Of a DNA stretch of 64,000 bases, positions 12,186-24,400 are shown in pieces. Each line of letters begins with the position of its first letter. Within the stretch, counting starts at the first letter, position 1. The notes beneath the pieces are model-generated. The model saw only the letters and a program-made list of their open reading frames with translations. It did not search any database and had not been told where the DNA came from. A program made the translations under genes and the position numbers. Location of the stretch: contig NC_043005.1 in assembly GCF_006345805.1 (NCBI RefSeq), forward strand, positions 28,892,001 through 28,956,000. Reading direction: 5' to 3'. This stretch comes from Octopus sinensis (Eukaryota).

Positions 12186-13129
12186 ATCCTTTCCTTAGTG
12201 GCTAAAAAGTGTCCAAGACATTGATGGTAGCATAAGGACAAAACAAAACACTGGAGCATTATTAAGAAGGTAACAACAACATCAACAAGGAAAAGATCCC
12301 CAATTATGGAACAGGGAGCAAGAATCACTTGGAGTTAATTAAAGGCCCAAAGGATTACTTTAACTACAAAGAGTAGCTGCTCCCTTCCAGTTATATTCTC
12401 TGATCTACTGGCACAAGGTGAAGTCAATTATCTGGAACTATTCACAACACTCTGACCCACTTTTTAGTAAATCCATTGGGGCAACCCTTCCCTTTCTACC
12501 CTTATCATCCTCTCCAAATGGAACTTGAGAAATTCAATGGTGGGGTTCAGCCAAAGTGGAAATAGTTTGTTCTCAGTTCTTTCAATAATGTCTACCATAG
12601 AACCTCTGTTGCCATAACTACTAGACGAGAAGTGCCTACCATTCACATGAAAAAAGGTTGGGAGATTTTCCTGATGGGCTTGGTTCAGGCATGGTTGAGC
12701 GCTCAAGAAGTTTGCTTCCCAATCATGAGGTTCTTGGTTCAGTATGTCTTCTACTATAAGCCCTGGGCTAACCAAAGTCTTGTGAGTGGATAAACAGAAA
12801 ACAGCTTTTCATATATACATGCATGTGTGTGTGTGTGTGTGGCCTTGTCTTGATATTGTATGATTGTTATAAAAGAATCATCACCATCATAGAAGTAGTG
12901 TTGTTCATTTCCAATCGTCACTGAAAACATGTCCAGCCTTAGGAAAATATTACATCACTTGAAAACAGGTGAGCATTGGTTGATAACAAGGGGTATCTGA
13001 ATGTAGAAAATCTTCCTCAACGAATTCGCTCTAGAGAAATAGATGTTGTGATGGCAATGATGATGATACATAAACAAAAAACAAGAAATAAAATATCAAT
13101 GAAGATGTAAGTCAAGATTGTGAAATTTA

Positions 13130-13386
13130 TTACCAAAATTTCAATGCTATATTAAAGTACCGCAAAATGACGATTGGTGTGCAGGAAAGAAACATATATA
13201 CAACAAGGATCATTATTGCTTGCATAGTTTGGGTATAGAGAGTTTTGACTGCATAATTGACAGCTCCAGTTAAGAGGTTACAGATGAGGAAAAATAGTAA
13301 ACCATTGTAGTTGATAGCATCGAGGATACAAAGTTTGGAGACTGTAAAAGCAGTGTCTGTATTAGGAGATTTACTTTTCTTATGAC
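13130..13386 (-). CDS. PIGW: PIGW exon 7 (last coding exon)
   Basis: Acceptor ctttattag; encodes HKKSKSP...[32 protein letters not shown]...LKFW; TAA at 13132-13130. Confidence 0.93.
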
Positions 13387-15442
13387 CTAATAAAGAAACA
13401 GCAAAAATAATAATAAGCAATTGTGAAAGAGATATAACATGTCTAATTTTTTAATAAATAATGGTTTCTAATGATATTTCTTGAAAGTGATCATATAATA
13501 AAGTTTTCACAATTTCAAATTTAGAAAAGTGGTGATAGGCAAAGGCATGGTGGAGTGGCTATGAAGATTACTTCCCAATTATGTGGTCTTGGGCTCAGTT
13601 CTCTGGGTGGCACCTTGGGCAAGTGTCTTCTATAAGTAATGCTTTCTATTGTAGCCCAAAGGCTGACCAAACAACTGTGAGTAGATTTGGTAGACCAAAA
13701 CTGAAAGAAGCACATTGTATCTTCATCGTCTAATGTTTGTTTTCATAAGTTAAATGATTTGACAGGATCCAGAAAACCACACAGATGCTTCATGCTAAGT
13801 TGAGTGTGTGTGTGTGTGTGAGTGTGTGTGTGTGCCATTGTCGAAATTAGTGGTTCTCAACTGGGGTCCATATGACCCGGGTTGAGGGAGGGCACAAGAT
13901 TTTGTTGTTAAAAATTGTGCAATAAAGTTGGTTATACTTCCGTTCAAATTCCGCCGAGGTCGACTTTGCCTTTCATCCTTTCGGGGTCGATAAATTAAGT
14001 ACCAGTTACGCACTGGGGTCGATGTAATCAACTTAATACCTTTGTCTGCTCTTGTTTGTTCCTTCTATGTTTAGCCCCTTGTGGGTAATAAAGAAATATA
14101 TACTTCCACAATGTACAAAACATTTTAACAACTTTTTTGTACAATACCTAATATTTAAGAATAAAGATGTTTTGTTTTGTTTAATTTCAAATGGCTGTTT
14201 TAGGGTCCAGTAGAGTAAAATTGGAATGGGTCCACTAGTAAAAAAAAGGTTGAGAACCTCTAATCTAGACATTACATTATGGTAGTAAACGAGCATCACC
14301 ATCATACATGCAGTGCTATTCATTTCCAGTCTTCCATGAAAAACATATTTAGCAATAAGAAAGCATTACTTTGCTTGGAAACAGGTGAGGGCTCAGGTCT
14401 ACTGCATGGCATCTAGGAAGGGCATCCAACCAACACCACCAAAGTTTACTAATATCATCTCTTATTTTTATTCTCTTTTTTTCTCTCGCTGACTTTCTTG
14501 TATGTTTTCTCTCTCTCTCTCTCTCATCCCTGGTCCGTTATTTCTGCCACTTTTCCCCCTCCCTTACTATTTCTTCTTTTATTCTCTCTCTCTTTCTATA
14601 TATATATATATATATTTTACTGCTTCTCTGCCCCCTCTCTATTTCCATTCACCATTATCGTCACTAACCTTGCTGCTGCCACCACAGCTATAATTTTTTT
14701 TAAAACTCTATTTGAGTTACTTCCTTTCACATAGAACAAATGATAAATAGGAACATAATGTTCCTATTTGATGTTCTGAGCTAAAATTCTGCCGAGCTTG
14801 ACTTTGCCTTTCGTTCTTTCAGGGTCGATAAACTAAGAACCAGTCAAGTAGTGGGGTCGATGTAATCGACCATCCCCCTCTTCACAAATTCCAGGCCTTG
14901 TGCCTAGAGTAGAAAGGATTATTATTATTATAATTATAAAGAGTAACAGATTGGCAGAATCATGAGAATATTGAACAAAATGTCTTGCGGCATTTATTCC
15001 AGTTCTCTCTCTATATATATATATGTATAATATATATGTGTGTGTATATGTGGAAGCACTCTGTCGGTTACGACGACGAGGGTTCCGGTTGATTCGAATC
15101 AACGGAACAGCCTGCTCGTGAAATTAACGTGTAAGTGGCTGAGCACTCCACAGACACGTGTACCCTTAACGTAGTTCTCAGGGATATTCAGCATGACACA
15201 GAGAGTGACAAGGCCAGCCCTTTGAAATACAGGTACAACAGAAACAGGAAGTAAGAGTGAGAGAAAGTTGTGGTGAAAGAGTACAGCAGGGATCACCACC
15301 ATCCCTGCCGGAGCCTCGTGGAGCTTTAGGTGTTTTCGCTCAATAAACACTCACAACGCCCGGTCTGGGAATCGAAACCGCAATCCTACGACCGCGAGTC
15401 CGTTGCCCTAACCACTGGGCCATTGCGCCTCCACTGTGTGAG

Positions 15443-15475
<33 letters not shown>

Positions 15476-18400
15476 TAGCACTATGACCCGGCAACACCGG
15501 GTCATAGTGCTAGTGCATGCATATACAGTTGTGTGCGTGCGCATATACACACAATTACTGTCCAAATCTCTGACCAATCACATACAGCTAGCTGGCATTC
15601 AATTGGTATATCAAGTTTTGGGAATTTTGATTGGGTTTTGGATAGAAAATTCACAAAAAAAGTCACTTCTATTGATTTTTTAATGGCTTTGCGGGGTGAC
15701 TGGGGAAATGTAAAGATGTGCACGACCACCCTTGGACGGTTTTGAATGACCATAGAAAGTGCGAGCCCTCTAACTGAAAAATTGTGGATTTGTATAAAGG
15801 ACGGACACACACACACACACACAGACATTTTGCCGTTTATATATATAGAGATATATATGATGAATCTCTTGGTAAATAAAGACTGTCACCTGCTTCAGAC
15901 TCACTGGTTTACATCCTCTGAACCAATAGTCCTGAGTTAATGCAGTTGGAGGTGGACACCACTCTGCAACTTACCCTTCACATATTGCATAAATGTCTCC
16001 AGTGGTAGACCAATGCTGAAACAATACTATGATAACATGAATATTGTCAGCCCTCGGCCAAGTATTCAGGTTTCCATTAGCCATGGATCAGTTTGCCAAC
16101 ACTCTCCACATCCATCTGTGTTGTGTTGCATGCATACAATCAGCCAAGCTCTTCCTACCAGGCCATTCTTTGATGTAATCAGACCACGAACACCTGTGAC
16201 GGCTTCTTGTCTTCTTAGTCTCCAGACTTCCTGTCAGGATGGTCGTGGGCAGTGACTTGCAGTGCACTACAATAGCTTTGTGGCCATGATTCTCAACAAG
16301 AAGCATCTTTGAACTTTCAGTTTTTCTAGTACAGCAGCATTTGTTACTCTGTCTTTCCAACTTATTCTTCCAAATTTGAAATCCACATCTCAAAAGCTTC
16401 TTTCTTCTCCAATGCCATATACATTGTCCACATAAATATACAGGGAAACAATAAACCATCCATGCCCAACCATTATAAACCCCACAAACAATATTAGGGA
16501 TGAAATGATCAACTTACTACTTTTTGTTTTAGCCTGATTTTGAGAGGAAACCAACAGTGAAATAATTAATTCAGCAGCAAGTAAAATAGCTAATTCTTGA
16601 GTAGTGAGGGCCACCTGCAGATAGAGAAACACAGAGACATATACTTTATTGATATTTAGGATTGATCACAAATAAAAATATTCATAAATATAAAGATATA
16701 AGGTTTTAGTTGCATGTTGTCTATCACTAAAGCCGATGTTAGAGCCATGCCTGTAAATACACACATATACAAATATAAACTCCTTGTTTTGACATTGTGT
16801 GATAGTTGTAGATGAGTGTATAAAAGCAGTGTCATTCATTTCCAATATTCTGCAAAAACATGTCTGAACATGGGGAAATATTACCTTGCTAAGAGCAACT
16901 GAGGTTTGATGACAGGAAGAGCATCCAGCTGTAGAAAACCTGCCTCAGCAAATTCTGAGCCATGCAAGTGTGGAAAAGCAGACATTAAAACAATGATGAT
17001 GAGGAGAATGTGTGCGTGTGTGCATGCATGTATCTGCACACATGCATGCGTGTATGGAACAAGTTTTTTCACAGGCATCAGATACTAGTTTTCAGTCACA
17101 GTCTTACTATTACTATTTCTCCTATATTTTCTAACAAGTCTTCTATATTTCATACGAAATGCTGTCTATTGTTCCAGCAACACTTCTAGAAGTTCCCACT
17201 TTGATATTCTGGTTTATGACACTGGTATACCGGTTGGTTGGCTGGTTGGTTGGTATTGTCACTGTCACTTTAAAATGTTACAACATAAACCCGGGAATGT
17301 TATTTATATCAGTGTTTCACATTGGCTTTCTCTGAACTTTACATTTTCATTCTGTTCACATCAGGATGCAATATCAGGCCATTACAGAAGAACAATACTG
17401 AACACACAAATGACATATTTTACTGTTAAACTGACACCTGGCACCAATGGTCAGACCACATCCTGATAATAAAAGAAAAAACACTAACAGTAAGGAAAAT
17501 ATAATGTCCAGAGACAACCAATAAGAAAAAGATAGAAATAAAGATCCCCAGTTTCGTTCCTCAAATAATTATTGTTAACCACTGGTTAATAAGGGAGCTT
17601 CTATGTACTCACTTGACCTGCGAGAAATACCAACCAAATCTCTCTCAGATTGCATACCACTGTCTTAAAAAAATGAAAGGCCTCTAATATAATAAATGCA
17701 AAAACTAATTTCTGTGTGTCAGTGTGACATACTTTTTACCCCACTCTCTCACAATGACACTTCTACTATTCCTCCTGAGGTGAGAGTAATAGTAGGCATA
17801 GAGATGGTGAGGGTGATGGCGAAGACAGAGAGAGACAAAGAAATTTAGGAAGAGTTGATGTTTTAATAAAAGTAGTAGTGTTGATGGTGGCAGTGGGAGT
17901 AATAATAAGAGAGAGAAAGAGTGAGTATGTGAGAGAAAGAGGGAGATGATGTACAACTTTGTTTAACTGTGTCTCTTTGACAGAAATTCCTGTGGCCAAC
18001 ATACTGAACATTATCATTTTTGTTTTGTTTTTTGCTTTCTTTAATACACACACACACACATATATGTATATATACATACATGCACACATATATAAAATAC
18101 ACTTTAATTGAAATAAAGTTTCCTCCAAATTAAACATATCTAATATAATAAATGTGAATGTCAGTGCGTCACACTTTTTCAACTTTAATAAATTCTTTCT
18201 CCTGGAAGCACAAAGCCTCAAATTTTGGAGGAAGGGATTAAGTCAATTACATCGACCCTAGTACATAACTGGTACTAATTTTATTGACCCAAAAAGTATG
18301 AAAGGCAAAGTTGACCTCAGCAGAATTCAAACTCAAAACCGACAAAATATTGCTAAGTATTTCGCCCATTATGCTAACGATTCTGCCGGTGCTTTTATAT

Positions 18401-21400
18401 GCCACCGGCATGATGGCCAATCAGGCGGTTCTGGTAACAACCAGACTCAAAAGGTGCTTTTTACATGCTACCTGCACAAGAGCCAGTCTGGTGGCACTGG
18501 CAAAATGCTGATGCTACATTAGATCTTCAGTATTATAAATTCAAATAAATATGTTAATCATAAAATATTTTCTTGGATCTTGTATATAAAAAATGGTGTT
18601 TAATGAGACAATATCACAAACATATTTTAGTAATTACTGCCTGTTATGTTGTCCAGTTTGTGTATATTTATTTCTTTATTGCCCAGAGGGGGCTAAACAT
18701 AGAAGGGACAAACAAGGACAGACAAAGATTAAGTCAATTACATCGACCCCAATATGTAACTGGTACTTATTTAATTGACCCCGACAGGATGAAAGACAAA
18801 GTCGACCTCGGCAGAATTTGAACTCAGAACGTAATGGCAGACGAAATAATGCTAAGCATTTCGCCCAGCTTGCTAACGATTCTGCCTGTGTATATTGGAT
18901 CCAAGGGCAGAGTGATGTTGACACTGAAGAAGGTGGATGATGGAAAAGGTGGAATCAACCAGAACCCAACGATCTTCATCCTTTGGAACTTAATAATGTG
19001 ATTGGCAAGGAAAGAATCTTATCCAACTAAGACAAATATTGTTGCAAATATTTTGGTAAGGATGTGTGCATGTGTGTCTTGTCAAGCCTTCCTCCTCAAC
19101 TCAGCCTCTAACACCCTATCAATTTTCTAATTATGGTTCTACTCCCTCAGATACCTTACATAATACCATTTATCCCCTTGCACTTTATCTTGTATCCCTA
19201 TTGCTGTCCATTATCACCTCCTCCTCCCTAACTCACACCTATTCCCTTCACTTCTCCCTGAAAATGATATTCACTGTATCCATCTCAGTCCCCATCTCTA
19301 ATCATCTTTCCACCCTCTAAAGCACTAACCTACCCATCACCCTTTCTATTCCTCTATCCCTCTTTCTCATACTCACCTTGTACTCTCTCACCAACATCTC
19401 TCTCTCTTTTTCCATCCGTGTATTCATCTCTTCAGCAAGACACCAATTCCTGTCCCTCTGTCGTACTTTCACATCCTTCAATAGTATATCTCCACTCACT
19501 TGAGGGGTCTTGTCTTGCAAGTAACTAGGTGGCCTCACTAGTGCTGGTGCCATGAAAAAACAAACACCCTGTACACTCTGTAAAGTGGTTGATATTAGAA
19601 AGGACATCTGGCTGTAGAAAGCACATCAAAACTGAGACACTGGAGTTTGGCACAGCCCTCTGGCTCATTGTTTCCTATTGAACCTTCTAACCCATACAAA
19701 GCATGGAAAGAGAAACATTAGATGATGATGATAATGAAGATTAGTTGAAATTAAAGGCCAGACTGGAGTCTGATGCACCCTACCAGCATGTCAGCCCAGT
19801 CAAACCAGCATGGACAACGGACAACAAATGATGATAATGATGATGAATATACTTACTATCCAAATAATATATGGTAAATTGACCAAACGTCTTGATATTG
19901 GTCCAATAACATGTCGACATACTCGGAGGAGAAGCCAACAGCCTATACAGAATCCCGTCAGTCCTTGCAGGCATTTTAGCCAATCAAACAGTGTATTCCT
20001 GTAAAAGTAGACATTTACTATTAATATTTTTATAATGGTCACAGAGTTTCAAAATTATGACAAGAGCCAAATATTAAAACATTGATTTCAAATTTTGGCA
20101 CAAGGCCAACAAATTCAAGGGAGAGGTTGAGTTGATTACATTGACCTCAGTGTTCAACTAATACCTGTTTTATCAACCCCGAAAAGATGAAAGGCAAAAT
20201 TGGCCTCAGCAGAATTTGAACTCAGAACATAAAGGTGGATAAAATGATGCAAAGCGTTTTGCCCAGCATGCCAATGGTTCAGCCTGCTCAATGCCCTTCA
20301 ATCTTTAGATATGATTTGGTAGCATTAATCAGGATTTTGGTGTCCACAATCATGAGGAAACACAGACTCTCTCTCAGCCTTCCCACGATAGACTCTGTGG
20401 AACATCAAGGATGTGACAGCTGGAGAGAGAGAGAGCTGCATGCATCAGTTGACTGGAGTAACATAAAACAAAGAGCCTTAATCAAGGATATTACTGCACT
20501 GCGTAGTCTAAGAACTGAACTCATGACCTCATGTTTGTGAGTTCAACACCCTAACCACTAGACCAGGTATCTTCATATATTTATGAGTAAGAATAAGTAA
20601 TTTATTAAGTTGATATTTGTATGTGTTCGTTCATTTCAATGTAATGATAAATCAGTCATTTGGAAGTCATGGCTGACTGTATAAAGTAATGAGATTTACA
20701 GCTGAATAATTGGGCACAACTGCAAATCCTTACTGCAGGTTGTGTATTAAGCTTTCAATTGAGTTTATATAACCTTTAAAATTATATTACTTTACCTTAT
20801 TATAAACCATTCATAACATTACAACAATTACCACAAATTTATGGTAAAAAAAACATCTCCATATTTTTTAAATTGTTAAAAAGGTCAAAGGTATCTTAGC
20901 ATCACTAAGGAAGACCTTTGTCAATCAATCTACATCTATCTATTTAAAGTTCTATATGGCTATAATATGTGGAGGTGTGTAGCTTAGTGGTTAGGGTGTG
21001 CAACACTGTGACCACATATCAAGATAAACAGCACATGACCTTGCAGGTGAAGTCCATACCACCCAAAAGGTCCCTAAATAAGGTTCGTTTAAGGATGTTG
21101 AACGAAACACCCATGTTTCCAGAGGTGAATTATACAAACCCCAAAGGATGATGCTTCCCCACTACTTCTGCTCATAATCAGAGATGCATGTATTGTCAGC
21201 CACTAAGGGACAGGCTCAACTGGTTAAAGTCAAGCAACTGACAAGCAAGTCTGTGGTATTGAGCAGAATATTTGCTGTAGCCCATCTTTTATACCAAGAC
21301 AAAACGATGTACATGATAACACTTCCAATCAGTTAAGAAGCTATGAGAGCCAGTACCTGGTACTGCATCAGGGCATTTATCGTCGTTGTCATCATCATCA

Positions 21401-24400
21401 TTATTATTATTTTTTTTAAATTTCTAAACTATAATTTATGGACAAACATTCTATATTTCAGAGGCCATTAAGGGATAGTCAATAACAACAAAAGTAACAT
21501 TCTAAACACTCATTCTATAATATGAGGAAGGAGACAAACTGCTAAACTAGACAAAGATTGATCAAACGAACTGCATAATATCAAAGTAGTCATAAATCAG
21601 CTGAGGTAAATGTCATATACAATTATAAATACCTTGTTCTAAAGAGAAACTGTCCCAGTTGTACACCAGCAAAGTAGAGGGCAATATAACCAAATGATGA
21701 GAAGATGCCTTCACGATTAGCATCAAGCAGACCTTTTCTTGTTCCTCGTCCATCCCAGCCATTGATAATGTATTTCTCTAGACCACAATACAAGCACCAC
21801 TGGTAACCAGCACATATAATGATACTGAGGATCCAGCTGTTACATCTTCCAGAAAAAATGCAGCAAAAAAGGGTTGAGAGAACCTGGTTTTGGAGGATGA
21901 AAATAGAATTAATAATCATCAATGGCAACATCATCATAATCTCCACCACCATCATTATCGTCATCATTATTGTCATAACCACCACCACCACCACTATCAT
22001 GGTTGTCATTAACATTGTCAGTTGAAAAATAGGTACAACACATTAACTCCACAGTCTTCACTTGACTACTTGATTTTGATCAGACAGCAGACTGACAGAC
22101 AGACAGAAATCAAAAGTAAATTACTGATTCCGTCTCTATAAACCAATCCAAACAGATCAGTTTTGGTTTACAAAAGATTAGAAATTGTTAAAAAAAAATT
22201 TTTTTTAAATAAAAAAAAAACAGTCAATAAAACAAGGCAAACAATAATATGTATCTTTGAGTAATTCAAAGACCCTGTACAGATTTCTAAAGAAGCAAAC
22301 CTTCATTGAACTGTTAATTTCAACATATCTTAAAGATTGCTTTTATACACTTATGAGATAGTATTTATATCTATTAAGTGACAAGAGATCAGATAATCCA
22401 GGTATTTACATCAGGTAGCATTTAGGCAAGTAGTGAATATCAAACTGTATAAAGGTGACTTTCTCTTGCAGAAACTTAGGTTCCAGCATGGGCATAACTA
22501 TGTCATTGTTCTCATCCATGTCTATAAACATGATGTTTGACTTGTTACTTGTATGTTGGTGAAACAATGTATATTCTATTCTTTTTACTTGTTTCAGTCG
22601 TTTGACTGTGGCCATACTGGTGCACCGCCTTTGGTCAAACAAATCGACCCCAGGACTTATTCTTTGAAAGCCTAGTATTTATTCTATTGGTTTCTATTGC
22701 CGAACTGCTAAGTTACGGGGACATAAACACACCAACATTAATTGTCAAGCAATGGTGGGGGACAAACACAGACACAAACATATACATATACATACACACA
22801 TAATATATAATACATATATATATATATATGATGGGCTTCTTTCAGTTTCCATCTACGAAATCCACTCACAAGGCTTTTGTTGGCCCAAGGCTATAGTAGA
22901 AGATACTTGCCCAAGATGCCATGCAATGGGACTGAACCCAGAACCATGTGGTTGGGAAGCAAGCTTCTTACCACACAGACCTTTCTATACACTTCTCAGA
23001 TAGTACTTATATGTAAGTGGATTGTTAACTACATTCACACCACAAAGATTTCTTTTATAAAGTTATTTCTTTCTTAGCAAGTTGACTGAGTTGTGGCAAA
23101 AAGATTGAAAGGGTTCTTGTAAATTCCTTTCCTTGGCTCCTACAATGGAACCAATTCTAAGAAAGAGAGACATGGGACAAATGGCTCCAGTACTTGACTT
23201 TAACAATCTCAAAGGTGATGAAAGGCCAAGTTGACCTCAGAAGGATTTGAACTCAGAATGCAGGAAACTGGAACAAATGCCAGAATGTATTTTATCCTGC
23301 TCTGTAACAACTCTATTAGTTCATCACCTTATATGGCAATGGGATTTTTTTTGTGTACAGTTGGATTGTTAATTTCAATCACAGCACAAAGATTACTTCT
23401 AGACCAAGTTATTAAATATTTCCAGATATCTCCTGTGACTGAAGGATTAACTGATGGTGAACATTTGATCCCAAATTTAACTACATTCAATTCTTTCTCC
23501 CTTGAACTACAGGCTTCTAAAATATTTCCCTCCTCACATTTTGCTTTTCATGCTCTCAACATGAAAAAAAAAATGAAACTGATCATCAGCTACATCAGCT
23601 TTAGGTTGATGTTTCCTCACTGAGAGAAAACATGCAAATAACCAAAATAATTTTTAACAAAATGAAATGGGATAAGTAAAACTAGAAATGAAACAAGATG
23701 CTATACTAGGTCAATTAGTATCTTTTTTCAAACAGTTCCATGAGAATGTCATAGATTTATTAGGAGGGAATTAAACACTTACCTTTACAACTGCTAGAGT
23801 GAAGAAAAAGTTCCAATGGACACCATACTCAGAATAATGTTCTTGGTAGTCTGTCCCTTTCACAACGATCATTCGACTGAGGCCAAGGGTCAGTAGTGGA
23901 ACACAAGCCTTCATTGAGAGAAACAACACAGACAACCAGTCTAAGAATGATCTAGATTAAAGATAGAAATTGGTTAGAATTTTAACATAGTCTAAATGTC
24001 AAAGACTTTTTACTGACTAAGACAAGTATTTTGGAGTTATACATTCCATCAGAACAATCTTCAGTGGCATCAAAATGGCCAACAAATTATACTATAAGCA
24101 AATTAGGAAGATTATGAATGTTATATCCAGATAAGCAACTGCTAAATATAGAGATTTAGATTACAAGTTCTTTGCATAAATGAAAAACAGGGGTACATCT
24201 TCTCTTATGAGGAGGCAATCACCCTCAAAACAGAATTCTCAATTATTTTTCTACTTTCTTAAAAGAACAATAAGATGTTTTCACACCAGCTGCAATCTTC
24301 ATAGCCATGGCTTTCAAATAAATAACTGTAGATTTTTCTATATTATGCATGTGTCAGAAATTCTGAATTATTCTGTATACAATACATATATATTTATTAC

